Source: Gemmatimonadales bacterium
Lineage (GTDB): Bacteria > Gemmatimonadota > Gemmatimonadetes > Gemmatimonadales > GWC2-71-9
Reading direction: 5' to 3'
Length of the DNA stretch: 64,000 nt
Assembly: GCA_035602245.1 (NCBI GenBank)
Contig: DATNMO010000007.1
Coordinates: 5,981-69,980 of the forward strand
The notes below the pieces were generated by a model, which saw only the letters and a list, made by a program, of their open reading frames with translations, made no database searches and was not told where the DNA came from. This document shows, piece after piece, positions 21,977-31,169 of the stretch. Each line of letters opens with the position of its first letter. The stretch's first letter is position 1. The position numbers were made by a program, and so were the translations under genes.

Positions 21977-22740
21977 TCCATCGCACGGCGCTGATCGATC
22001 CGACCGCCGAGCTGGGCAGCGACGTCTCGGTGGGGCCTTACGCCATCGTCGGGCCGCACGTGACGGTGGGGGAGGGGTCCACCATCGCGGCGCACGCGGT
22101 CATCGAGCGCAACACGCGGATCGGGACGGGCGTCACGATCGGCTACGGCACCATCATCGGCAACGATCCGCAGGACCTCAAATACAAGGGCGAAGAGACC
22201 TGGGTCGAGATCGGCGACGACACGATTATCCGCGAGTACTGCACCATCAACCGCGGCAGCACCGCCACCGGGAAGACGACGGTAGGCGAGCGCTGCTTCC
22301 TGATGACGTACGTGCACGTGGCGCACGACTGCGTCGTCGGAAACGACGTGATCATCGCCAACTCCGTCCAGATGGCGGGCCACGTCACGGTCGAGGACCG
22401 TGCGATCATCAGCGGCGTCGTTCCCATTCATCAATTTGTGCGGATCGGCACGTACTCGTTCGTGGGCGGGGCGTCGCGCGTCAATCAGGACGTGCCGCCG
22501 TACACGAAGGCGGCCGGCAATCCGGTGCACCTGTACGGTCTTAACTCCGTCGGACTGTCGCGGGCCGGGTTTTCCCCCGAAGTGAAGCTGGCGCTGAAGC
22601 GCGCCTACCGCCTGGTGTTCAATTCGGATCTCACGGTGAGTCAGGGTATCGCGAAGGCACGGATCGAGCTTCCCCAGGTGCCGGAGGTCGAGACATTCCT
22701 GCGGTTCATCGAGGTGTCGCAGCGCGGGGTGATGGTGTGA
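21973..22740 (+). CDS. lpxA: UDP-N-acetylglucosamine acyltransferase LpxA
   Basis: Hexapeptide repeats plus C-terminal helical domain. ATGA overlap. Confidence 0.9.
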   Translation: MIHRTALIDPTAELGSDVSVGPYAIVGPHVTVGEGSTIAAHAVIERNTRIGTGVTIGYGTIIGNDPQDLKYKGEETWVEIGDDTIIREYCTINRGSTATGKTTVGERCFLMTYVHVAHDCVVGNDVIIANSVQMAGHVTVEDRAIISGVVPIHQFVRIGTYSFVGGASRVNQDVPPYTKAAGNPVHLYGLNSVGLSRAGFSPEVKLALKRAYRLVFNSDLTVSQGIAKARIELPQVPEVETFLRFIEVSQRGVMV

Positions 22741-23714
22741 CGTTGCGCCGCGTTCCCGTCGGCGTCGTGGGGACCGGCGCGCTGGGCTACCACCACGCGC
22801 GGCTGCTCCGCAAAATGGACGGCGCGGAGCTGGTGGGGATTTACGAACTGAACCCGGCACGCGCGGCTCAGGTCGCGCGCGAGCTCGATACGGTCGCTTA
22901 TCCGTCGCTCGACGCCCTGCTCGACCGCGTGCAGGCGGCCACTGTGGTCGTGCCGACGTCCGCACACGTCGAAGTGGGCCTCGCGGTGCTCGCGCGCGGC
23001 ATTCCTGTCCTGATCGAGAAGCCCCTTGCCGACACGCTCCCCGGCGCCGAGAGCCTCGTGCGCGCGGCGACGGAGGGCGGCGTGGCGCTGCAGGTGGGCC
23101 ACGTGGAGCGCTTCAACCGGGCGGTGCGCGCGGCGACGCCGTACCTCGACGAGCCCCGCTTCCTCCAGACCGAGCGCCTAGCGCCCTTCCAGCCCCGGGG
23201 CACCGACGTCGCGGTGATCCTCGACCTCATGATCCACGATCTCGACCTCGTGCTCGAGCTCGTGCGCGCGGACGTCGCGGAAGTGCGCGCGACGGGTGTG
23301 CCGATTCTGACGCCCCACGTGGACATTGCCAATGCCCGCGTGGAATTCGCCAACGGGGCGGTCGCGGTGATCACCGCGAGCCGGGTGTCCCGCGAGCGCA
23401 CCCGCAAGCTGCGCATCTTCCAACCCACTGGGTATTTCTCGCTCGATCTCGCGCAGGGGAACGGCCATTTCTACAAGTTGAAGTCGGGCTGGCAGGGATT
23501 CGGCGCGACCAAGATCGAGGAGATCGTCGAGCATGTGCGGCTCGAGGCGCCGGAGGCGGAGCCACTCAAGCTCGAGCTGGAGAGTTTCCTACGCGCGGTG
23601 CGCGGCGACGGCGAGGTCGTTGTCACCGGCGCCGCCGGACTGCAAGCGCTGGCGCTGGCCTACCGCGTCGCGGACGCCATCGAAGCTTCGCCGCTCGCCT
23701 CCGCGCGACCGTGA
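22737..23714 (+). CDS. Gfo/Idh/MocA-family NAD-dependent oxidoreductase (GnnA-like candidate)
   Basis: N-terminal Rossmann VGVVGTGALGYHH, EKP motif (LIEKPLA). Located between lpxA and lpxB. Confidence 0.75.
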   Translation: MTLRRVPVGVVGTGALGYHHARLLRKMDGAELVGIYELNPARAAQVARELDTVAYPSLDALLDRVQAATVVVPTSAHVEVGLAVLARGIPVLIEKPLADTLPGAESLVRAATEGGVALQVGHVERFNRAVRAATPYLDEPRFLQTERLAPFQPRGTDVAVILDLMIHDLDLVLELVRADVAEVRATGVPILTPHVDIANARVEFANGAVAVITASRVSRERTRKLRIFQPTGYFSLDLAQGNGHFYKLKSGWQGFGATKIEEIVEHVRLEAPEAEPLKLELESFLRAVRGDGEVVVTGAAGLQALALAYRVADAIEASPLASARP

Positions 23715-24823
23715 GCCCGGTCCCGCGCGTCTATATCTCGGCGGGCGAACCGTCGGGGGACGCGCACGCGGCTGCTGTCGCGACAGCGCTGCAGCGCCGC
23801 CTGCCGGGCGTCGAGCTCGAGGCCCTAGGGGGGCCGCTGCTCGAGCGGGCCGGCGCGCGGGTGCTCGACCGCATGGAAGACTTTTCGGTCGTCGGCTTCG
23901 TCGAGGCCATCGCCAAGATTCCGGCGCATTACCGGTTGTTGGGTCGGGTGAAAAAGGCCTTTCAAGCAAGGCGTTACGATCTAGTCATCCTGGTGGACTA
24001 TCCGGGCTATCACTTGCGGGCGGCGGCCGCCGCCGCCGCGGCGGGGATTCCCGTGCTCTACTACATCGCCCCGCAGATGTGGGCATGGGGATCGTGGCGC
24101 GTGCGCCGGTTGGCGTCGGTGCGGCGGCTGGCCGTGATTCTGCCGTTCGAGGAGGCGTTTTTCCGTGAACGCGGGGTGGCGGCGACGTTCGTCGGGCATC
24201 CGCTCAAGGATCGCCCGCCGCCGCCGGGGCGCGCTGAAGCGCGGCGGCTCCTGGGACTCGATCCGGCGCGTCCCACACTGGGTCTGTTCCCCGGGAGCCG
24301 GGCGCAGGAAGTGACGCGCCATTGGGCGGTCTTCCGGGCGGCCGCGGCGCGCGTCGCGACCGCGCGTCCCGACGTGCAGATCGTAGCGGCCGGGGCACCG
24401 GGGGCGAGCTATCCCGAGCCGGGCGCGATCATGGTGCACGCGGGAGATCCGCTGCCGGTGTTCGCGGCCGCCGACGCCGGCATCTGCAAGTCGGGCACGA
24501 CGACGCTCGAGGCCGCGATGGCCGACCTGCCGATGGTGATCACGTATCGTGTCCATCCGGTCTCGTCCTTCATCGCGTTCCGCGTGCTGCGGGTGCCGTG
24601 GGTGGGACTCGTGAATCTCGTCGCGGGCTACGAGGTCGCTCCCGAGCTGCTGCAGGGGCGCGCCACGCCTGCCGCGCTCGCGGCCGCCGTGCTGCCGCTG
24701 CTCGATCCCGGCGCCCCCGCGACCCGCCGCCAACGCGAGGGGCTGCGGTTGGTGCGCGAACGGCTGGGTGCGCCCGGCGCCGCCGATCGCGTAGCCGACA
24801 TCGCCGCGGGATTGCTGAAATGA
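23711..24823 (+). CDS. lpxB: Lipid-A-disaccharide synthase LpxB
   Basis: ISAGEPSGD N-terminal motif, GT-B fold length. GTGA overlap. Confidence 0.9.
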   Translation: MSPVPRVYISAGEPSGDAHAAAVATALQRRLPGVELEALGGPLLERAGARVLDRMEDFSVVGFVEAIAKIPAHYRLLGRVKKAFQARRYDLVILVDYPGYHLRAAAAAAAAGIPVLYYIAPQMWAWGSWRVRRLASVRRLAVILPFEEAFFRERGVAATFVGHPLKDRPPPPGRAEARRLLGLDPARPTLGLFPGSRAQEVTRHWAVFRAAAARVATARPDVQIVAAGAPGASYPEPGAIMVHAGDPLPVFAAADAGICKSGTTTLEAAMADLPMVITYRVHPVSSFIAFRVLRVPWVGLVNLVAGYEVAPELLQGRATPAALAAAVLPLLDPGAPATRRQREGLRLVRERLGAPGAADRVADIAAGLLK

Positions 24824-25446
24824 AATTGCGCTGGGCGGAGCCGATCGCCGCGGCTGTCGGGCCCACGCTCGCGCACGCGCTCGCCGCGACGTGGCGGTAT
24901 CGCGTGACCGGAGACGAGCACATACGGGCGCTGCGCGCGGAGCGGCGCCCGTTCGTCTTCGTGCTGTGGCACAACAGCATCTTGCCGTTGCTGTATCTCC
25001 ACCGGCGGGAAGACGTCGTCATGCTGATCAGCCGCCACCGTGACGGGGGCTACCTCGCGGACCTGGGCGAGCGATGGGGCTACCGCTCGGTCCGAGGCTC
25101 CACCCAGCGCGGCGGCGAAGTGGGGCTGCTGGGTGTCGTCCGCGCGCTGGAGGCGGGCGCCGTGGTGGCGATCACGCCGGACGGGCCGCGCGGCCCTGCG
25201 GAGCGGGTGCAGCCGGGCGCCGTGGCGGCGGCCCAGCACGCCGGGGTGCCGCTGATTCCCGTCGGCGCGCGGCCGCGGGCAGCCTGGCGCTTGAAGAGCT
25301 GGGATCGCATGCGAATCCCCAAGCCGTTCACGATGATCGACGTCGCCTACGGGCAGCCGATCCATGTCGATCCGGGGAAGGACGGCCTGCGGCGCGGCAT
25401 GGACGCGGTGGCCAGCGCCCTCCGCGCGGTCACCGACGCGGCGTGA
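24820..25446 (+). CDS. DUF374 / lysophospholipid-acyltransferase-like protein
   Basis: FVLWHNSILPL...ITPDGPRGP motifs. ATGA overlap with lpxB and GTGA overlap with lpxK. Confidence 0.7.
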   Translation: MKLRWAEPIAAAVGPTLAHALAATWRYRVTGDEHIRALRAERRPFVFVLWHNSILPLLYLHRREDVVMLISRHRDGGYLADLGERWGYRSVRGSTQRGGEVGLLGVVRALEAGAVVAITPDGPRGPAERVQPGAVAAAQHAGVPLIPVGARPRAAWRLKSWDRMRIPKPFTMIDVAYGQPIHVDPGKDGLRRGMDAVASALRAVTDAA

Positions 25447-26465
25447 ACGTCCCCCTGGTGAACTGGCTGTGGTGGAGCCGCCGGCCGTCGGCGCGGATCG
25501 CGCGCGGACTGCTGTTGCCATTCGCCTTTCTCTACCGCGCTGTCATGGTCGCGCGGGCGGCAGCGTACCGGCGCGGGTGGCTGCGCCAGCACCGCCTGCC
25601 GCTGCCGGCCGTCGCCGTCGGTAACCTCGCGGTGGGCGGAGCGGGGAAGACGCCGTTCGCCGCCTGGGTCGCGGCGTTCTACGCGCGGCGTGGTTTGAGA
25701 CCCGGGATTCTGCTGCGGGGCTACGGGGGCGACGAGCACCGCGTCCACGAACGTTTGGTGCCGACCGCCATCGTCGTTCCCGATCCCGATCGGGTCGCCG
25801 GCGCCGAGCGCGCCCGCGCGGCGGGAGCCCAGATTCTCGTGCTCGACGACGCGTACCAACGGCTCGACGTGGCGCGCGACGTGAATGTGGCCCTGGTCAG
25901 CGCGGAGAACGCCCGCGCGGTCGCCTGGCCGCTTCCCGCGGGCCCGTGGCGCGAGGACTGGGGGGCGCTGGCGCGCGCGGACGTGATCGTGGTGACGCGC
26001 CGTCGGGCCGCCCCCGACGACGCCCGCCGTCTCGCCACCCGGCTCGCGGCGCAGTGGCCCCGCGCGCTGGTGGCGAGCGTGCATCTCGCGGTGGACGGAC
26101 TGGCGGGCCTCCAGTCGGGGCGGCGCAAAGAGCTGTCGGGCCTCACCGGCAAGCGGGTCATAGTGGCGGCCGGGATCGCCGATCCCGCCAGCTTTGCCGT
26201 GCAGGTGCGCGCGTCCGGGGCGATCGTGCAACTCTTGGCGTATCAAGACCATCACCCCTATTCGCCGGGTGACGTCGCCCGGCTCGCGCAGGCCGCCAAA
26301 GACGCCGATTATGTTGTAGTCACCGAAAAGGACGCGGTGAAGCTCCGCGACCGGTGGCCGGCGGATGCGCCGGAACCCCTCGTGGCCGAGCTGGCACTGC
26401 GCTGGGAACTGAACGGCGACGCGGTAGAACGCGTCCTGGAAGGGATGCTGCGACGACCCCTATGA
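25443..26465 (+). CDS. lpxK: Tetraacyldisaccharide 4'-kinase LpxK
   Basis: P-loop [20 protein letters not shown] motif. Confidence 0.88.
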   Translation: MNVPLVNWLWWSRRPSARIARGLLLPFAFLYRAVMVARAAAYRRGWLRQHRLPLPAVAVGNLAVGGAGKTPFAAWVAAFYARRGLRPGILLRGYGGDEHRVHERLVPTAIVVPDPDRVAGAERARAAGAQILVLDDAYQRLDVARDVNVALVSAENARAVAWPLPAGPWREDWGALARADVIVVTRRRAAPDDARRLATRLAAQWPRALVASVHLAVDGLAGLQSGRRKELSGLTGKRVIVAAGIADPASFAVQVRASGAIVQLLAYQDHHPYSPGDVARLAQAAKDADYVVVTEKDAVKLRDRWPADAPEPLVAELALRWELNGDAVERVLEGMLRRPL

Positions 26466-27751
26466 GCGAACCAGCAATCATCCGCCCGGACAAACAGACG
26501 TTCCTGGCGGAAGAGAACCCATTCGAAGCCATGATGGAGCGCTTCGACCACGCGGCGAAGCTCCTGAACCTGGACCGCGGGCTCTACAAGGTGCTGCGCA
26601 ATCCCGAAAAGCAGATCATCGTGTCGGTGCCCATCGTCCGCGACAACGGCGAAGTCGAGGTCTACACGGGCTACCGCGTGCTCTACAACACGTCCCGGGG
26701 GCCCGCGAAGGGCGGCATCCGGTTCGATCTGAACGTCACCCTCGAAGAGGTGAAGGCCCTCGCCGCTTGGATGACCTGGAAGTGCGCGCTCGTGAACATC
26801 CCGTTCGGCGGCTCCAAGGGCGGGGTCGTCTGCGACCCGAGCAACATGTCCATGGCCGAGCTCGAGCGGGTCACCCGGCGCTATACGTCGAGCATCATCG
26901 AGACGCTCGGCCCGGATTCCGACGTCCCGGCGCCGGATGTGAACACGAACGAGCGCGTGATGGCCTGGATCATGGACACCTACTCCATGCACAAGCGTCA
27001 CACCGTCACGGCGGTCGTGACGGGCAAGCCGGTCGAGATGGGTGGCTCCCTGGGACGGCGCGAGGCGACGGGTCGGGGCTGCATGATCGTGACGCGCGAG
27101 GCGCTCGCGAAGCTGGGCATGTCGCTCAAGGGCGCGCGCATCGCCGTGCAGGGTTTTGGCAACGTCGGCTCGGTTTCGGGTGACCTGATGGCCAAGGCCG
27201 GAGCTACGATCGTCGCGGTGTCGGACAAGTCGACCGCCCTGCACAATCCCCAGGGTCTCGATGTGCAAGACCTGCTCAGGTGGGTGAAGGAGCGGCGCCA
27301 GCTCGCGGGCTACCCCAAGGCCGACACGATCCCGCACGACCAGCTGCTGGTCGTCGACTGCGATGTCCTCGTGCCCGCCGCGACTGAAAACGTCATCACC
27401 CGCAAGAACGCTCCCCACATCAAAGCCAAGATCATCTGCGAAGGCGCGAACGGCCCCACCAGCGCCGCCGCCGACAAGATCCTCGAAGACAAGGGGGTCT
27501 TCGTCATCCCGGACATCCTGGCAAATGCCGGCGGCGTGACGGTGAGTTACTTCGAATGGGTGCAGGATCGCGGCGGGTACTTCTGGGACGAGGACACCGT
27601 CAACCGGCGGCTCGAAGCGATCTTGGTCCGCTCGTTCACCGAAGTGATGGCGATGGCCAGCAAGCACAAGGTGGCCAATCGCATCGCATCATACATGCTC
27701 GCCGTGGACCGGGTCGCGGCGATGCACCGGCTGCGCGGGATGTATGCCTGA
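26462..27751 (+). CDS. gdhA: Glutamate dehydrogenase
   Basis: [18 protein letters not shown] catalytic-Lys motif, GFGNVG Rossmann. Confidence 0.92.
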   Translation: MSEPAIIRPDKQTFLAEENPFEAMMERFDHAAKLLNLDRGLYKVLRNPEKQIIVSVPIVRDNGEVEVYTGYRVLYNTSRGPAKGGIRFDLNVTLEEVKALAAWMTWKCALVNIPFGGSKGGVVCDPSNMSMAELERVTRRYTSSIIETLGPDSDVPAPDVNTNERVMAWIMDTYSMHKRHTVTAVVTGKPVEMGGSLGRREATGRGCMIVTREALAKLGMSLKGARIAVQGFGNVGSVSGDLMAKAGATIVAVSDKSTALHNPQGLDVQDLLRWVKERRQLAGYPKADTIPHDQLLVVDCDVLVPAATENVITRKNAPHIKAKIICEGANGPTSAAADKILEDKGVFVIPDILANAGGVTVSYFEWVQDRGGYFWDEDTVNRRLEAILVRSFTEVMAMASKHKVANRIASYMLAVDRVAAMHRLRGMYA

Positions 27752-28167
27752 TGCGCTATCGCGTCGTCGCGCTGGGCGGGGGCCGCATGAAGAACGCGGC
27801 GCTCCGGGCGGCGTGTGACGAGTACCTGGGCCGTCTCCAGCACTACGCGAAAATCGAAGAACGGGAAGTGAAGGAGGCGCGGATCCCAGAGGACTCGCGC
27901 CTCATCGCGTTGTCGCGGCAGGGAGAATCGTGGACATCCCAGCAGCTCGCCGAGATCGTCGGCCGCTGGGAGATGGACGGTCGGGACGTCACGTTCGCGA
28001 TTGGCGGCGCGGACGGGTTGCCTGAGGAGATGTTGCGGCGCGCCGAGCGGACATGGAGCCTGGGCCCACTCACGCTGCCGCACGAGCTGGCCCGGGTCGT
28101 CGTGTATGAGCAGCTCTATCGCGCGCATACGATCCGCCGGGGAGAGCCGTATCATCGCGGGCCCTGA
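27751..28167 (+). CDS. rlmH: 23S rRNA (pseudouridine1915-N3)-methyltransferase RlmH
   Basis: SPOUT-family length with IGGADG...[16 protein letters not shown]...GEPYH. Confidence 0.85.
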   Translation: MRYRVVALGGGRMKNAALRAACDEYLGRLQHYAKIEEREVKEARIPEDSRLIALSRQGESWTSQQLAEIVGRWEMDGRDVTFAIGGADGLPEEMLRRAERTWSLGPLTLPHELARVVVYEQLYRAHTIRRGEPYHRGP

Positions 28168-28720
28168 AGGAGACCTCACCGCGGCGGATCGCGCCGCGCT
28201 GCTCGGATTGGCACGCCGCGCCATCGAGGCGGCGCTCGCGGGACGGGCGCCACCGGAGCTGCCCGAGGTGCCGGGAGCGGCGCTGCACCACGGCGCGTTC
28301 GTGACCCTGGAGGAAGAGGTAGGCCACGTGCTGCGGGGATGCGTGGGACACGTACTCGGCGACCGGCCGGTGGGGGAGATCGTGCGGCAAGTGGCGGTAT
28401 CGGCTGCGCGCGCGGACCCGCGGTTCCCGCCCGTGTTGCCGGATGAGTTGCCGGCGCTGCGGATCGAGATTTCCGTCCTCGAGGAGCCGGTGCGGGTCGC
28501 ACCGGTTGAGCCTGGATCCCTGGTGATCGGGCGCGATGGCCTCCTGGTGCGGCGCGGACGCGCGCAGGGCATACTCCTGCCACAGGTGGCGACAGAGCAC
28601 GGATTCGGCCCAGAGGCATTCCTGCGTGCGGCCTGTAGCAAAGCGGGCCTGGCGGCCGGAAGCTGGCGGGAACAGGGAACGCAGGTGTTCACGTTTACGG
28701 CGGACATCTTCGGCGAATGA
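28106..28720 (+). CDS. AMMECR1-domain protein (start uncertain)
   Basis: LRGCVGH motif and DPRFPPV. The nearest canonical ATG (28106) overlaps rlmH by 62 nt. Confidence 0.7.
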   Translation: MSSSIARIRSAGESRIIAGPEGDLTAADRAALLGLARRAIEAALAGRAPPELPEVPGAALHHGAFVTLEEEVGHVLRGCVGHVLGDRPVGEIVRQVAVSAARADPRFPPVLPDELPALRIEISVLEEPVRVAPVEPGSLVIGRDGLLVRRGRAQGILLPQVATEHGFGPEAFLRAACSKAGLAAGSWREQGTQVFTFTADIFGE

Positions 28721-29448
28721 CCGAGTGGTTCGAGCAATGGTTCGGGGAGGAGTATCACGCCCTGTACCCGCACCGCGACGAGGAGGACGCGCGCCGCGCG
28801 GTCGCACTGATCCAGCGGGTGGCGCCGTGGCAGCCCGGTGATCGGGTTCTGGATCTCGCCTGTGGCCCGGGGCGGCACGCGGCGGAGCTGGAGCAGTTGA
28901 GCGCCCGCGTGGTGGGATTCGACCTCTCACGCGCCATGCTACGGCGCGCCCGCGAGCGGACACGCGCGGCCTTGGTGCGGGGCGACATGCGGGCACTGCC
29001 CTTCCGGGCGGGGAGTTTCCGGCTCGCTGTCAACCTGTTCACCTCATTCGGCTACTTTCGAGACGACGCCGAGCACCGTTTGGTGTTGCGGCAAGTGGCG
29101 GCGGCGCTGGTGCGGGGAGGGCACTTCGTCCTCGATTACCTGAACGCCGAGCAGGTCCGCCGCTCGCTCGAGTCCGCGAATGTGTCGGGATCGACTGGAG
29201 AGGAAAGCGGCGAGGACGTGCGCATCACGCGCCGGATCGGACCCGACGGCCGGTTCGTCATCAAGGAGATCGAATTGCAGGACGAGGGTCGCAGCTTTCA
29301 AGAACGCGTGCGCCTGTACGGGCCGGATGAGTTAGAGGCGCTGCTCGCCGAAGCGGGACTCCCCGTCGCGGCCAGGTTCGGCGACTATGACGGAGGCCCG
29401 CCCGGACCTGACGCTCCGCGCGTCATTCTCGTGGGCGTGCGGACATGA
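28717..29448 (+). CDS. Class I SAM-dependent methyltransferase
   Basis: Motif I VLDLACGPGRH, post-I FDLS. ATGA overlaps on both sides. Confidence 0.8.
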   Translation: MTEWFEQWFGEEYHALYPHRDEEDARRAVALIQRVAPWQPGDRVLDLACGPGRHAAELEQLSARVVGFDLSRAMLRRARERTRAALVRGDMRALPFRAGSFRLAVNLFTSFGYFRDDAEHRLVLRQVAAALVRGGHFVLDYLNAEQVRRSLESANVSGSTGEESGEDVRITRRIGPDGRFVIKEIELQDEGRSFQERVRLYGPDELEALLAEAGLPVAARFGDYDGGPPGPDAPRVILVGVRT

Positions 29449-30869
29449 TGCGCCGCATCGTGGCGACGCCACTCCCCAAGACGGACGCCAAGCCGCCCGC
29501 GGGCAAGCCCAGGCGGGTGAGCGCCGACGTGCTCGCGGGCGTGTTGGCAGGGCCGGGGCGCGATCGGCTGGCCGGCGGCGACGTGCTCGCCGTGACGACG
29601 GGACAACAGCCCGGGCTTTTCACCGGCCCGCTCTACACCGTATACAAAGCCCTATCAGTGATCGCGCTGGCCCAGCGGCTCGAGCGCGAGCGGGGTGTGC
29701 CCGTCGTGCCCGTGTTCTGGGTGGCGGGCGACGATCATGACTTCGCCGAAGCAAATCACGCGTGGGTGCTCAACCGCGCCGGGGAACCGGTGAAGATCGT
29801 GCTGCGCGAGCGCGCCGCTGACGCGCCGCTCCTGCCGCTGTTCCGCGAGCCCTGCGGAGCGGAGATCCGTGCTGCGTTCGACGCGCTCGGCGCTGCACTC
29901 CCCGATTCGGAGTTCAAGGCGGATGTCGTGGCCTGGCTCGAGTCGGCCTACCAACCAGACACGAACCTGGCGGACGCGGGTGCCGAGGCAGTGAATCGCC
30001 TGCTGAGCAAGCGCGGCCTCGCTGTGTTCAGGGCCCACGATGGCACGGCCAAGCGGGCGGCGGCACCCTGGATCTTGCGCGGCTTGGACGTGACCCTGCC
30101 CGACGGGCTCACGCCGGTGTTGGTCGAGGGCCGGGCCGGGCGGGACCGGCTCCGGGCCGAAGGAACGGCGTTTGTGACGCGGCGGAGCGGGGAACGGTTC
30201 ACGCGCGCGGACTTGGAACGCGTGGCGGCCGAGACGCCCGAGCGGCTCTCGCCCAACGTGCTATTGCGGCCGGTCGTCGAGGCGGCGCTGTTTCCGACGG
30301 TCGCCTACCTCGGCGGCCCCGGGGAGATGGCGTATCTCCCCGATGCCGCCCCGGTGTTCGCCCGGCTCGACGTCACGCAGCCGGCGCCCGTGCCGCGCTG
30401 GTCGGGACTGATCGTCGAGGCCCGAGTGGAGAAGGTGCTGGAGCGCCACGGCCTGGCTCCGGGCGACTTCGACGGCAAGCCCGGCGCGCTCGAAGCGCGG
30501 GTGGCGCGCGAAGCGCTGCCGGCAGACGTGGCGGACATGCTCACGCAGCTGCGTGGCGACGTGGAGGCGCGCTTCGCCCAAATCGGCGACGCGGTCAAAC
30601 GGCTCGACCCCACACTCGAACGGACTGTGCAGTCAGCGCGCAACGCCGCCCTGGCGGGCGCCCAGGAGGTCGAGAAGAAACTCGTGGCGAGTCTCAAGCG
30701 CACCAACGAAACGGTCGTGAGCCAGCTCGCGCGGGCGCGCGCCGCGCTCGCGCCGGGTGGGAAGCCGCAGGAACGCGTGCTCACCGTGGCGTCGTTTCTG
30801 GCGCGCTACGGGCCAGGCCTGGTGGACGCCATCGACGTCGAGGTGGCGCGGTGGGCCAGCGCTCCATAG
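29445..30869 (+). CDS. bshC: Bacillithiol biosynthesis cysteine-adding enzyme BshC
   Basis: TTGQQPGLFTGPLYTVYKALS and FWVAGDDHDF motifs characteristic of BshC. About 475 aa. Confidence 0.8.
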   Translation: MMRRIVATPLPKTDAKPPAGKPRRVSADVLAGVLAGPGRDRLAGGDVLAVTTGQQPGLFTGPLYTVYKALSVIALAQRLERERGVPVVPVFWVAGDDHDFAEANHAWVLNRAGEPVKIVLRERAADAPLLPLFREPCGAEIRAAFDALGAALPDSEFKADVVAWLESAYQPDTNLADAGAEAVNRLLSKRGLAVFRAHDGTAKRAAAPWILRGLDVTLPDGLTPVLVEGRAGRDRLRAEGTAFVTRRSGERFTRADLERVAAETPERLSPNVLLRPVVEAALFPTVAYLGGPGEMAYLPDAAPVFARLDVTQPAPVPRWSGLIVEARVEKVLERHGLAPGDFDGKPGALEARVAREALPADVADMLTQLRGDVEARFAQIGDAVKRLDPTLERTVQSARNAALAGAQEVEKKLVASLKRTNETVVSQLARARAALAPGGKPQERVLTVASFLARYGPGLVDAIDVEVARWASAP

Positions 30870-30882
30870 AATCCGTTCTTAT

Positions 30883-31167
30883 ATGTGGGTGCTCGCGATC
30901 ATTCTCATCGTCGCCTTGCTGATCCCGGTCGCTGCGATCCTGGTGGACTCGCCGCTCGGGAAATCGGTCGCGCGCCGCATGGAAGGGCGCGCGGAAGGGC
31001 CTGCCCCGGAGCTGCGTGACATGCAGCGCAAGGTCGAGCTGCTCGAGACCGAGCTCGAAGATCTGAGCCGTTCCGTGGCGGGCATGCGGGATGAGATTCA
31101 GTTCGTGCAGCGCCTGCTGGAAGATCCCCGCAGGAAGAAACCAACGCCTCCGACATCCCACTCCTGA
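30883..31167 (+). CDS. Small membrane protein, N-terminal TM + coiled coil (PspB-like topology)
   Basis: MWVLAIILIVALLIPVAAILV followed by the heptad-like KVELLETELEDLSRSVAGMRDEIQFVQRLLE. Confidence 0.5.
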   Translation: MWVLAIILIVALLIPVAAILVDSPLGKSVARRMEGRAEGPAPELRDMQRKVELLETELEDLSRSVAGMRDEIQFVQRLLEDPRRKKPTPPTSHS

Positions 31168-31169
31168 CC

